NCBI GenBank assembly: GCA_048940445.1 | Contig: JBHLON010000001.1 | Location: 83,386-147,385, forward strand | Reading direction: 5' to 3' | DNA from: Promethearchaeota archaeon | GTDB lineage: Archaea > Asgardarchaeota > Lokiarchaeia > Sigyniarchaeales > SOKP01 | DNA length: 64,000 bases | Shown: positions 18,173 to 28,176 of the stretch, in pieces | Numbering within the stretch: the first letter of the stretch is position 1 | How the letters are laid out: each line of letters opens with the position of its first letter | Notes under the pieces: model-generated | Databases searched by the model: none | Told to the model about the DNA's origin: nothing | What the model saw: only the letters and a program-made list of their open reading frames with translations | Made by a program: the position numbers and the translations under genes

Positions 18173-18724
18173 TTAATCTTTTTTTAATTCTTTATCCACT
18201 ATAAAAAAACCTATTGATAAAACACTTCTCAATCTCTGTAAATCGTCCTTTAATTTTTTTACACGTTGATAGGGCCCTGAAACGGCTAAAATCTCTAAAC
18301 ATTTTTCATATTCTAAATGAACATGCAGAGTAGAAATAATAATATCATTAAAATGATGTTGAATATCAGTTTTTAAGATCTCATCAGTTTGGTAAGTACT
18401 AGCATAGATAGGTCGTGAACCAAAATCATGAGTATGATGTGATTCATCGTGGTCAATCACATGAGAATGATCATGTAAATCGTGATCTTTTTCATCATCT
18501 TGGTTAGTATTTTTTTGCTCAAAATGTTTGTGTATCATGACTATTGAAATACAACCAACTACATTTCCAGAAATTATAGGAATGTTTTCTTCGGCCACCA
18601 TCAAAGCTTTCATGGCTTTTCTAATAGCATCAGACCTAGATATATTGATAGCCTCTCTAAAGGTTTCAAATTCTTCATAAAGATCTCTAGGGAGAGAGAC
18701 TGTGAATCGTTTATATTCTTCCAT
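18173..18724 (-). CDS. nikR: NikR-type nickel-responsive regulator (ribbon-helix-helix + C-terminal metal-binding domain) with a His/Asp-rich insert
   Basis: RHH N-terminus 'KRFTVSLPRDLYEEFETFREAINISRSDAIRKAM'. His-rich 'HDLHDHSHVIDHDESHHTHDF'. C-terminus 'HVHLEYEKCLEILAVSG'. Confidence 0.75.
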   Translation of the reverse strand: MEEYKRFTVSLPRDLYEEFETFREAINISRSDAIRKAMKALMVAEENIPIISGNVVGCISIVMIHKHFEQKNTNQDDEKDHDLHDHSHVIDHDESHHTHDFGSRPIYASTYQTDEILKTDIQHHFNDIIISTLHVHLEYEKCLEILAVSGPYQRVKKLKDDLQRLRSVLSIGFFIVDKELKKD

Positions 18725-18757
18725 ATTTTATAAAATATTATAATTAGATTATGTAAT

Positions 18758-19492
18758 TTATTTCTTTATAACAATCGCAATTGGAACCGATGCTTCACGC
18801 CATTGTGCTATCTTACCTGAATATTCTAAGTCTAATTTTACACGTCCATGGTCTCCGAGGATAATCATTAAAGAGTTAGGTCTCAATTGCTTATAGTTGC
18901 TTAAAATCCATTTATCTGTGCGAAGTATCAACTTCTCAATCAAATCTTCAGGTGTTCTTTGCTTCAAAGCCTGTTGTTGTTTATGGAGATTTTCAAAATC
19001 TAGATAGTGCATTAAAGAAATATCAAAATTATTAATAGTTTTGGCACTCTCAATCCAAGTCGCCATATCTGTTTCTTTAGGAACTGAAAGTGTTCCAGCA
19101 GCATATCGTTCCACATCTTTTTTTCTACCAATTAAACATGACTTTTTTCCTTTTTCATTAAGATATCGTAATAGATGAAAATGGTTGGGTTCCATAGTAA
19201 AACCCCCATAAAATATTTGGTGAAGTACTCCTAATGTATATGGATTTTTAGTAGATAACAACAACATCATTTCAGATTGGCGTATCATAAATTCGGGTTT
19301 ATGATAAGTAATTTCAAAAAGACCAAAATTATCAATAATGTTAATACTAATTCTTTCAACACCGTGATAAGCCTCAATCATAGAATCTACAGGTTCTGGA
19401 ATGATATCAAGGGGGGGATCAATATCAAGTAATTTTAAAAAGGTAGCCGGTAATTGGTTTAAATAGCATTTAATTGTTTGAAGTTCACTCAT
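18758..19492 (-). CDS. Hypothetical protein, possibly alkaline-phosphatase-superfamily-like
   Basis: 244 aa. It has a C-terminal 'MIILGDHGR' (an xDHG motif of the AP/nucleotide pyrophosphatase superfamily). The N-terminal catalytic motifs are not clear. Confidence 0.3.
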   Translation of the reverse strand: MSELQTIKCYLNQLPATFLKLLDIDPPLDIIPEPVDSMIEAYHGVERISINIIDNFGLFEITYHKPEFMIRQSEMMLLLSTKNPYTLGVLHQIFYGGFTMEPNHFHLLRYLNEKGKKSCLIGRKKDVERYAAGTLSVPKETDMATWIESAKTINNFDISLMHYLDFENLHKQQQALKQRTPEDLIEKLILRTDKWILSNYKQLRPNSLMIILGDHGRVKLDLEYSGKIAQWREASVPIAIVIKK

Positions 19493-19654
19493 TCTATAGT
19501 CCTAAAATTATTAGTTTAATTTAATATTATTAGTTCTTAATTATTATAATAATTATCATAAAATAATTAGAATTTATTATTTTTAGTACGAAAATTTTAC
19601 ACCAATTCTCAATGAGAAAAGTATTATTAAATTTCTTGAAAAGTGAATAAATGA

Positions 19655-20950
19655 ATGAAAATATTATATATTGATACCTCTAATTCTGGAATTTCTGGAG
19701 ATATGTTCTTAGCTTCCTTATTAGATATAATACCTAATCCTAAGGAATTATTAGATGAGTTAAAACTAATAAAGAACTATGCTAAAGGAGTGAAAAAACT
19801 TGAAATTGCTTGGGAAAAAGTTAAAAGAACAGGAATTATGGTTAATCACCTTAAAGTGGAGATTGAAGAAAATAAAAATGAAAGATCATCTAAGAACCTA
19901 AAAGAATCCTTACAAGCATTTTTAGATGAAAGAAAGTATTCTGAATTAGCAAAAAAGTATGCTATTAAAGTTTTAGAATCATTATTTCAAGCAGAAGCAG
20001 AGGTTCATGATTCTTTAATAAAAGATATTCATCTGCATGAATTAAGTTCAGTAGACACATTAATTGATATTTTAGGAGTTTCAAAAGCTCTAGATATATT
20101 AGGATGTTTTAGCGAGAGTTTTGAGATATACTGTAGTAAAATTCCATTAGGAGCTGGCAAAATCAAGACTGCTCATGGAATATTAGCTATTCCAGCCCCT
20201 GCCACGATAAAAATATTAGAAAATTCCAAGTTAATAACTGAATCTGGTCCTATAGAGAGTGAATTAGTTACTCCAACTGGTGCAGCTTTATTAGTTAATC
20301 TGAACCCAAAATTCTTAAGATATTCTGATGAAATGGAACTTAAAAAGGTAGCATATAGCACAGGGGATAAAGAGTTTAAAAGATTCTCAAATATCTTAAG
20401 AATTTTCTATGGCAAAGGTCCTGATATTAACATTCAATCAAATCAAATTTCTTTGAAAAAATATGTAGAAGACATAACTGTTATAGAAACTGATGTCGAT
20501 GATGTGTCTGGAGAGCTACTGGGAAATTTAATTAAATGCTTGGAAAATAAACAAATTCTTGATATTCAAGTTATTCCAAGCATCACTAAAAAAAATAGAC
20601 CAAGTCACATTGTTAAAGTATTATGTCATCCTGAAAACAGATTTGAAATAATAAAAACTCTGATAGACGAATTAGGAACTCTTGGCGTAAGATTTAATAC
20701 TATAAAAAGGGTTTGTATAGATAGAAAGATAATTAATTCAGAATTGCAAATTCTTGATAAGATTTACCAAGTTTCCTTCAAGATAGCTTATTATGAAACT
20801 GAAAATAAAAAAAAAATTGTTAACATTAAACCAGAATATGATGATCTTAAAAAAATTAGTTCTGAAACAGGAATATCATTAAAAGAAATTCTTACTTATG
20901 CGCAAGAGAAGTTAAAAAGATTAGCAGATGAATTTGAAATTAAATTCTAA
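19655..20950 (+). CDS. larC: LarC-type nickel insertion protein (DUF111; nickel-pincer nucleotide cofactor biosynthesis)
   Basis: 'MKILYIDTSNSGISGDMFLASLLD' is the hallmark DUF111/LarC N-terminus. Also 'HLHELSSVDTLIDILG'. Confidence 0.85.
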   Translation: MKILYIDTSNSGISGDMFLASLLDIIPNPKELLDELKLIKNYAKGVKKLEIAWEKVKRTGIMVNHLKVEIEENKNERSSKNLKESLQAFLDERKYSELAKKYAIKVLESLFQAEAEVHDSLIKDIHLHELSSVDTLIDILGVSKALDILGCFSESFEIYCSKIPLGAGKIKTAHGILAIPAPATIKILENSKLITESGPIESELVTPTGAALLVNLNPKFLRYSDEMELKKVAYSTGDKEFKRFSNILRIFYGKGPDINIQSNQISLKKYVEDITVIETDVDDVSGELLGNLIKCLENKQILDIQVIPSITKKNRPSHIVKVLCHPENRFEIIKTLIDELGTLGVRFNTIKRVCIDRKIINSELQILDKIYQVSFKIAYYETENKKKIVNIKPEYDDLKKISSETGISLKEILTYAQEKLKRLADEFEIKF

Positions 20951-21003
20951 TCAATTAAAAAAAAGAAATTTAAATTGATTTTTTCTTTCATCTTTACTTT
21001 AAA

Positions 21004-21546
21004 CTAAAATTTATCAACATTAAATTTGTGTAGAAGATACTCGTCCTCTGTGATTTCCTTCGAAAATTCTTTCAATCGAGAAAGCTCCCTTCTAATATCT
21101 TTCTCTTTTCTTAGTTTACCTAATTCATGATATATTCCTGCAGCTTCATTGAAAGTTTTTATACATTCATCATAATTACCTGAGACTTCAAGATCCTCTG
21201 CTAAAAAGACGAGACTTTCTGCTATATCTAACTTTTTACCAAGTTTTTTCTGTATCTTTAATGATTGATATGAATATTTTAGACCTAATGGATATTGTTT
21301 AAATTTTGTATAAGTCCGTCCTAAAGCTCTGAGAACCATTGCCTCCTCGGTTTTAAGATTATTTTCTTGACAATACTTCAAAATATTATTCAAGAAATTG
21401 ATTAACTCCTCTTTCTGCACTGTTTTGGAGCGTTCTATATGATTAATAGCTTTTTCATAACTCTCAATAGTACTAAGTATATCGCCACTTTCAAAAAATT
21501 GTTTTGATTTTTCAAAATCTTCAATGGTTGCGACCATCGGTCTCAA
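21004..21546 (-). CDS. TPR-repeat protein
   Basis: 180 aa of repeated helical hairpins with TPR-like spacing ('EEAMVLRALGRTYTKFKQYPLGLKYSYQSLKI', 'AESLVFLAEDLEVSGNYDECIKTFNEA'). Confidence 0.6.
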   Translation of the reverse strand: MRPMVATIEDFEKSKQFFESGDILSTIESYEKAINHIERSKTVQKEELINFLNNILKYCQENNLKTEEAMVLRALGRTYTKFKQYPLGLKYSYQSLKIQKKLGKKLDIAESLVFLAEDLEVSGNYDECIKTFNEAAGIYHELGKLRKEKDIRRELSRLKEFSKEITEDEYLLHKFNVDKF

Positions 21547-21877
21547 CTCTAGTTACAAAATTTTTTTTCTGTAGATTTTATATAGAATTAGTTTCAATAT
21601 TATCTATATTGATTTACCTATTTATACTTTCCTATTATTTGAATGAATGTGTTTTACACCCGAAAACTACCTTTTTAGCTTGGTGATGTGAAAGTTAATA
21701 AAATATGGTTTAAATCTTAATAAGTTTATAATAAGGTTATATGTAATTTTGTTCAAATAATCGTTTATACAAATCCAACATTATGAAAAAAGAAATAAAA
21801 ATTAGATATAAAAATAATCTTTTTTTAATTAGGATTTAGGGACTGTATTTATAAGAAAAAAAAAAGAAAATTAATAT

Positions 21878-22540
21878 TTATATCAAACCAAGTGGAACGA
21901 AAATACATAATGCAACTATTCCAATGGCATAAATTATTCCAACTATCTTTATTTTATCCTTTAACTCAGGTTTATCATATACGTAAAACGCACCTACGAA
22001 GAAATAGAAGTATCCAATGAAGAAAATGGGAACTAATGAAATCCCCCACGTCCAATTCCACCAGGGATATTCCCAAATAAGATACCCTCCCAAATTTAGA
22101 AATATTTCCACGATTACACAAAATAAAGAGAAACCAACTGCCATAGCCCATCTATTTGGTATTCGTCCAAATAATTTTTCATCCTTATCTTTAGGAAGAA
22201 ATTTCGCAAATACGATTCCTGCGATAGAAAACATAAAAGCAATCTCAATATTCCATCCAACCAAAATAATATAGGCACTTGCTCCTGGAGTCGTCCAAAC
22301 TGCTGAATAATTTGAAAAAGCGAAAACAAGAGCATTCCAAATTTCATTGATTAAATCTAAGCCCAAAACTGTCAACCCTGCAAATATTGTACTCCAGTCC
22401 TTTGTTTCTCTTGCTTTTTTAATCTCTACACCATAGATGTATAAGACAATAGCAAGGAGAGGGATAATATACCAACCAAATTCAGGGTTAAGAACCCTTA
22501 ATTTTGACCATGCTTCTAATGAAGCAGGAGTCGGAACCAT
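21878..22540 (-). CDS. Polytopic membrane protein, unknown family
   Basis: 220 aa with multiple hydrophobic helices and a Trp-rich loop 'WEYPWWNWTWG'. It sits between larC and larB. Confidence 0.5.
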   Translation of the reverse strand: MVPTPASLEAWSKLRVLNPEFGWYIIPLLAIVLYIYGVEIKKARETKDWSTIFAGLTVLGLDLINEIWNALVFAFSNYSAVWTTPGASAYIILVGWNIEIAFMFSIAGIVFAKFLPKDKDEKLFGRIPNRWAMAVGFSLFCVIVEIFLNLGGYLIWEYPWWNWTWGISLVPIFFIGYFYFFVGAFYVYDKPELKDKIKIVGIIYAIGIVALCIFVPLGLI

Positions 22541-22637
22541 ATTAAATCAACCTTTTTTTAAATCTTTTTTGTAATAAATTGTTTATTGAATTCATTTAAG
22601 AAGTATTTATAGTTTTTTATGTGAGTCCTTGAAAAAA

Positions 22638-23423
22638 TTATTTGGCCATTTGATTTGCAATTAAAGCAGCAGAAGCTCCAGCTCCAAAACCATTATCAAT
22701 ATTCACTACTACTAAACCTGGAGAACAAGATTGTAACATGGTTGTTAGAGCTCCTAGGCCTTTCTCTCCTAGGCCATAACCACTTGACACTGGAACACCT
22801 ATAACTGGGACATCTACAAGAGCAGCAACCACACCAGGTAAGGTTCCCTCCATTCCAGCACAAACAATAATAATATGAACCCCTTTTTTTATCATATCAC
22901 TAAGAGGATTAAAAATACGATGGATTCCGGCGATGCCTAAATCATAACTGGTGATAACTTTACAACCCATTGATTCGGCGATTACTTTTGCTTCTTCGGC
23001 AATCGGAATATCCGAACTTCCAGCAGTAATTATTCCAATAATCCCACCTTCTTTTTGGAATTCAAATCCCTTTTCTTTAATAATTATTGTTTTAGCTAAT
23101 TCATTGAAATTTAACACGTATGTTTCATTATTATCGAACTTATTCTTGATAACTTCCTTTTGATCTTCTGTATATCTTGAGATTATAGCAAATCTTTTCT
23201 TTTTTAAGAATGTTTCAGTAATTTGTAAGATTAATTGAGGATTTTTGCTTTTAGCGTATATTACCTCAACTATTCCAGTTCGAGCTTTTCTATAAATATC
23301 TAGTTTAGCGCTATCTCCTACTTCCTCGATCAAATTGGCTTTTAATAGTTTCTCTGCTTCCTCTATAGAACATTCCTTATTCAGTAATTTTTTTAAGATT
23401 TCTCTCATATTTTCCATATACAT
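22638..23423 (-). CDS. larB: LarB-type (PurE-like) pyridinium-3,5-biscarboxylic acid mononucleotide synthase
   Basis: PurE-like core 'GIITAGSSDIPIAEEAKVIAESMGCKV' and 'IIVCAGMEGTLPGVVAALV', plus the N-terminal extension typical of LarB. Confidence 0.8.
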   Translation of the reverse strand: MYMENMREILKKLLNKECSIEEAEKLLKANLIEEVGDSAKLDIYRKARTGIVEVIYAKSKNPQLILQITETFLKKKRFAIISRYTEDQKEVIKNKFDNNETYVLNFNELAKTIIIKEKGFEFQKEGGIIGIITAGSSDIPIAEEAKVIAESMGCKVITSYDLGIAGIHRIFNPLSDMIKKGVHIIIVCAGMEGTLPGVVAALVDVPVIGVPVSSGYGLGEKGLGALTTMLQSCSPGLVVVNIDNGFGAGASAALIANQMAK

Positions 23424-23747
23424 TCACTATAAATTAATTATAACTTCTAATTATCTTTATCTATTATTTGTTCTGGATAAGGTTTATACTTTTTATCGAA
23501 TTTTGTAAAGAAATAGGATATATTTAGATTTCCTTAAGTAGATTTATCTTATGTCTTTTTCCAAAGGAAAAAAATTAAAAACCATACTAAAGATTTAAAA
23601 ATTAATAAATTAAGAAAATTAGGAAATTAATTTAATTACGAATTGGTAATAATTGAGAGATATTATCTTACTTTTTGAGAATCGTTTAAAAACATAAGGC
23701 TTAAATACATAGATTGTATTTCTTATAATGGTCAAAGAGGGTGACCT

Positions 23748-24641
23748 ATGAAAAAAAAAGAATTAAGTTTGCTAATTTTTATTGTTACTACGTTCCTACT
23801 GAGTTTTAATATGTTGATTCCTAACATTAATTGTAATCCTTTACCAGCACCAGAAGATCATTTTGTGGGAGGAATTGTCTCTAATAAAAGTATTTCTCTA
23901 AATCTACTTAATGCTGACGTACTTTTTAATATTGACTCTACAAATTTTTCCAATAATATTGGTATTGATTTCTCTGGAAATTATACTATTTTTAATCCTA
24001 ATGAAAAAACTAATATAACCTTATATGCCCCTTTCTCTTTAGAGACAGATGTTGTAAGTTCAAATTGTGTAGTTCAAGTAAATGAAACAATAGTTCCATT
24101 TAAAATAATTAACATATATGACCTTGATTATAATGTTTATTCATATATAGAGGATTATTTATCATCTTCAAGTTCTATTTGGGGTATAGCTTTAATTATA
24201 TGCAATTTAACAATCTCAGAGAATAGTACTAATACTATTAAATATCAATTTAGTGGTATTATAGAGAGAAGATCAAATGACTTTTCTATCAATTATGATT
24301 TAGGGACAGCAAGAGCTTGGGAAGGAGATTTAAATGAATTTGTTGAATTTAAAGTGATAGGAAAGATTCCTGACAGCTATAGAGAATATACAAATGGCAC
24401 TTCTGAAGATCGCTGTGAAATAACTGACATTGATAATGGTAAAGTATATACATGGGAATGGAATAATGAAAAAACAAATATATTACAAGTAGGAATAATT
24501 TATAGGGAAAGACTATTCAGTTTTGAATTTATAATCTTAATAATTATTCTCGTAGGTATTTCAGCTATAATAGCTATCCCAGTAACCATAATATTGATAA
24601 GAAGAAGGAGAAGAACTCAAAAGGAAATATATACTCACTAA
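23748..24641 (+). CDS. Secreted, sequon-rich protein with a C-terminal TM anchor
   Basis: Signal-like N-terminus 'LSLLIFIVTTFLLSFNMLIPNINC'. Many N-x-S/T sequons. C-terminal TM 'FIILIIILVGISAIIAIPVTIILI' followed by 'RRRRR'. SD-like GAGGGTGA lies upstream. Confidence 0.6.
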   Translation: MKKKELSLLIFIVTTFLLSFNMLIPNINCNPLPAPEDHFVGGIVSNKSISLNLLNADVLFNIDSTNFSNNIGIDFSGNYTIFNPNEKTNITLYAPFSLETDVVSSNCVVQVNETIVPFKIINIYDLDYNVYSYIEDYLSSSSSIWGIALIICNLTISENSTNTIKYQFSGIIERRSNDFSINYDLGTARAWEGDLNEFVEFKVIGKIPDSYREYTNGTSEDRCEITDIDNGKVYTWEWNNEKTNILQVGIIYRERLFSFEFIILIIILVGISAIIAIPVTIILIRRRRRTQKEIYTH

Positions 24642-24918
24642 GAATTAGCTTAAAATTGTGAAAGTTAGTATTAATTGGATAAAGATAGAAAGGAAAATAT
24701 CTAAAAAGTCTTATTGGATATATAAAATGAATATCCAACATTAGTTAATCCAGTTTGTAAGATATATCTTTTTAGAGGGATTTATGTTCTTATCCATAAT
24801 GCATGTGCTTCCTCAATCACATTGGCTTTAATTACTGCTCTGGTTTTTCAATAGAAAATGCTTTATTCAATAACTTCTTTAATATATTAGCACATTTTCA
24901 GGATTATCTTCCCACAAA

Positions 24919-25428
24919 TTAATTATCGTTATGTATTATATGTTCAGGATAAGGCTTAATATTTTTAAGGGAAGTGCGTAAAAATGATGGGTAAACCTCA
25001 AACTTTTCAAGATCAGTTATATTGAACCATCTAAAAATAAGTTTAAGTTCTCTTCCATAAAGTTCATCTTTTTCAAACCTTAATTGAGACTCTTTCCCAT
25101 AGAAGGTATCTTTCTCTATAACTTTTTTAGATTCTGGAGGAAATTCCATCAGATAGATAATAGATACTTCATGGTAATCTCGGTTTTCAAATTTAAAAAA
25201 ACTTTCTACGAAATATAAAGGTCTTATAATCTTTATGGCAATCCCGATTTCTTCTTTCATCTCTCTTCTAAGAGTTTCCTTAGAATTTTCCAATAATTCA
25301 CATCTTCCTCCAGGTAATGCCCAAAAGTCATCTTGTTCACTTCTGTGTAATAAAACTTTATTATTTAAAATAGCAACCCCCGCAATTCTAAATGCAAATC
25401 GTTTTTTTCTCTTTTCAAAAGTTATCAT
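24919..25428 (-). CDS. NUDIX hydrolase
   Basis: A complete Nudix box is present: 'GRCELLENSKETLRREMKEEIGI' (G-x5-E-x7-REUxEExGU). Confidence 0.9.
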   Translation of the reverse strand: MITFEKRKKRFAFRIAGVAILNNKVLLHRSEQDDFWALPGGRCELLENSKETLRREMKEEIGIAIKIIRPLYFVESFFKFENRDYHEVSIIYLMEFPPESKKVIEKDTFYGKESQLRFEKDELYGRELKLIFRWFNITDLEKFEVYPSFLRTSLKNIKPYPEHIIHNDN

Positions 25429-25617
25429 TTAATATATCTTAATGATTAATTCTAATTAAATGAAGTAAATAAGGCTGCTTATAAAAGATATACAAATTAA
25501 AATACGATTTTTAATTCGAATACAAAAAAAATATTAACTTATCAAGATTTTTTTGTTAGTAAATATTAAAATTATTTAAAATCTACTTTCAAATCCTAAA
25601 TAAAAGTGATAACTAAA

Positions 25618-26838
25618 ATGAAAATCGATTATACATCCTATAAAGATGTAGATTTAAGAGGAAAAAAAGTAATAATGCGCGTGGATATCAATTCGAATAT
25701 TGATGTAGAAAAAATGGAAATAAGAGACTCTCCTAGAATTCGTGCATTAGTTCCTGCTTTGGAAGAACTAAAAGAAAGCGCAGTAATATTAATGGCACAC
25801 CAATCACGCCCCGGTGAAAAAGATTTTATAAACTTAGATCTTCATGCAAAAGAAATTGAAAAAGAATTAGGACGGCCGGTGAAATTTGTACCCGACATTT
25901 TTGGTGAAAAAGCAGTTCAAGCAATTAAAGAGTTAAAACCAGGAGAAATCCTTCTTTTAAATAACGTCCGTATGTGGGAGGGGGAAATGGCAAAATATGA
26001 AAGCTTTAAAGATGCTGAAAACACTGAGATGATCAAGACTTTATACCCACTAGTTGATTATGTTATTGTAGATGCATTTGGAGCCGCTCACCGAGCACAT
26101 GTTTCTATTATAGGGTGGCCTAAAATGTTAGCTGGTCCAATTACTACTAATGAATTAAATGCATTAAAAAAAATAATGCATATCCCAGATAAACCCATGG
26201 CTATGCTAATTGGGGGTGCGAAGGCAATTGATAAATTTAAAGCGATGAGATATAATTTTGATAATGAGAAGCTTGATTACGCTCTCTGCTCTGGATTAAC
26301 TGCTATTTTAATTTTTGAAGCACTGGGTAAAAATATGGGTGCCCCAAATCATAAGATCATTGCTAAGGATTTAGAGGAAAATAAAAATATGATTAAGGAA
26401 ACCTATGCAAAGTATGAAGATAAAATTGTACTTCCTAAAGACTTAGTAATAGATGATAATGGCAAAAGAAAAGTAATTTCAATTGATGAGGCAGGTATAT
26501 ATAACACTACAACTGGAGATATAGGCCCTAAAACAGAAGTTGAATTTAAAGATATAATTATGAAATGCAAGACGATTGTAGCCAACGGACCTCCTGGAAT
26601 TTTCGAGCAAGAAGTTTTCAGAGAAGCTACCGATGAAATGGTTAAGACAATGGTCAAAGCAACTAAAGAAAATGGAGCACTAACAATAATCGGAGGCGGT
26701 GAAATGGGTGCTGCTGCTTCAATGGCAGGTTTAGCAGATGAAGTTTCTTTTATTTCCACTGCGGGAGGAGCAATGCTGGAAATCCTTTCAGGAAAAGATC
26801 TTCCCATGATTAAAGCTTTAAGAGAAAAGAAGGTCTAA
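25618..26838 (+). CDS. pgk: Phosphoglycerate kinase
   Basis: 'GKKVIMRVDINS', 'MAHQSRPG' and 'GGGEMGAA'. The track ORF starts at GTG 25606; ATG 25618 is an equally plausible start. Confidence 0.95.
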   Translation: MKIDYTSYKDVDLRGKKVIMRVDINSNIDVEKMEIRDSPRIRALVPALEELKESAVILMAHQSRPGEKDFINLDLHAKEIEKELGRPVKFVPDIFGEKAVQAIKELKPGEILLLNNVRMWEGEMAKYESFKDAENTEMIKTLYPLVDYVIVDAFGAAHRAHVSIIGWPKMLAGPITTNELNALKKIMHIPDKPMAMLIGGAKAIDKFKAMRYNFDNEKLDYALCSGLTAILIFEALGKNMGAPNHKIIAKDLEENKNMIKETYAKYEDKIVLPKDLVIDDNGKRKVISIDEAGIYNTTTGDIGPKTEVEFKDIIMKCKTIVANGPPGIFEQEVFREATDEMVKTMVKATKENGALTIIGGGEMGAAASMAGLADEVSFISTAGGAMLEILSGKDLPMIKALREKKV

Positions 26839-27018
26839 TTAAATCTAAATTTTATTTTTTAATTTTTTAAGTAATCTAAATGCTCTTTCACATTTATTAA
26901 ATCGAGTTATGAAGTTAGATTATTTAAGTAATTAATCCCGAGCTCCAACTTTATTCTTTGTGATAACTTTTATATATCAGTAAATCCAAATAGATTTATC
27001 CAATATTTGGTGATTTAA

Positions 27019-27651
27019 ATGAGTATAACGTTCGATTTCTTTTTACCGTTTGGATTTCTGTATTGGAGTTGGTTAACATGGATTCTTTTTATCATTTTCG
27101 TCCTTACATACTTATTCCTCATTTTAGGAAGTAGGGATTTAAAAAGGGACAATTTTGCATCTACAAAATTCTTGTTTGTCATTGGGATCTTACTTTTAGT
27201 TTGGTATATTCTAGTACAACTTTTTATTCCTTCAATGTCCGTTACTTCACCGACTCCAATGGAATTTATCATTTACATTATCTATACTTTGTTTCTAGGA
27301 TCCGGGATAATCTATCAAGTTTTACATATTATATTAGGAATTGGATTTATTAAAGTTGGAAGCAGTAATAGAGACCATGGTGGAACTGTCGCATTGGTTG
27401 GTGGTATTTTATATCTTATAGCATGGATACTTATTATGTTAAGTGACATATTTTTTTCGTTTATTCCAGTATATCTTTCTTCACTACTATTTAGCGTTAT
27501 TGGTTGGCTTATAATTATCACAAGCCTTGCAGCGGCAATTTTAATCTTTATCTTCAGTATCTTTACTAAGAGACCTTTGTTTATAGTATTTGGTGCTTTA
27601 TTCTTAGCGATTTACTCTTTCCAATTCTTATATTTAACTGGAATTATATGA
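27019..27651 (+). CDS. Polytopic membrane protein, unknown family
   Basis: 210 aa, almost entirely hydrophobic helices, with no recognisable motif. Confidence 0.5.
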   Translation: MSITFDFFLPFGFLYWSWLTWILFIIFVLTYLFLILGSRDLKRDNFASTKFLFVIGILLLVWYILVQLFIPSMSVTSPTPMEFIIYIIYTLFLGSGIIYQVLHIILGIGFIKVGSSNRDHGGTVALVGGILYLIAWILIMLSDIFFSFIPVYLSSLLFSVIGWLIIITSLAAAILIFIFSIFTKRPLFIVFGALFLAIYSFQFLYLTGII

Positions 27652-27670
27652 CATTAATCAATTTCTTTTT

Positions 27671-28042
27671 TTATTTCTTTATACTTAATTTTTCTCTGTT
27701 TTCCTCAGTATCTTCATAAATGTGCCACTCAGCGACTAAATCGTTTTCAATAGTTGCTGTCCATATTGCATGATCCTCTTCTAATGAATCTTCTGACCAT
27801 CTAGCATAACCGATTAATATCACTAAATTTTCTTGAGATTCCACCTGTGTAAAGGTATTTTTGTAAGTAGGGAAATTCTGGAAGAATTCTTTCCAACCAT
27901 TTATCATATCTCCAAAACAATCTCCATGGCGATCGATAAATACATGGTCCTTTGTCATGAGATTAGTAATCCCTTTTATATCTTGATTATTAATGCAATC
28001 ATTAAATAGTAATGCGATTAATTTTGGGTCCCTAGAGTTCAT
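27671..28042 (-). CDS. NTF2-fold / SnoaL-like small protein
   Basis: 123 aa. The pattern 'LFNDCINNQDIKGITNLMTKDHVFIDRHGD...' is typical of SnoaL/NTF2-like cone proteins. Confidence 0.45.
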   Translation of the reverse strand: MNSRDPKLIALLFNDCINNQDIKGITNLMTKDHVFIDRHGDCFGDMINGWKEFFQNFPTYKNTFTQVESQENLVILIGYARWSEDSLEEDHAIWTATIENDLVAEWHIYEDTEENREKLSIKK

Positions 28043-28176
28043 AAAACCACCTTAGAAAGAAGTATTCTAACGCCTTGTCTCTTTATTCAAAAACTAATAA
28101 AATATTTATTTTTTAATAAAATAAATTACATATTATTATTTTAAAAATATTATTAATGAAAATAGAAAACATTAAA

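Noticed and set aside
18758-19492. Whether this ORF between nikR and larC could be the missing LarE
   Set aside because: It has no PP-loop 'SGGxDS' ATP-pyrophosphatase motif and no conserved Cys context. The 'GDHG' motif points instead, weakly, to the alkaline-phosphatase superfamily.
26403-26807. 134-aa ORF antisense to pgk. The same applies to other internal or antisense track ORFs, e.g. 2156-2341, 5086-5460, 7288-7500, 8018-8434, 13374-13652, 16773-16979, 20173-20361, 22017-22347, 22951-23163, 25235-25432, 27015-27272, 27315-27521, 30182-30391, 33065-33661, 34253-34498, 35344-36003, 37306-37587, 38089-38307, 39841-40194, 47196-47378, 53560-54030, 55390-55578, 59539-59877 and 62724-62927.
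   Set aside because: Each is nested in, or substantially overlaps, a longer ORF with recognisable family motifs or membrane-protein character. Their compositions look like frame-shifted or antisense artefacts of AT-rich coding sequence.
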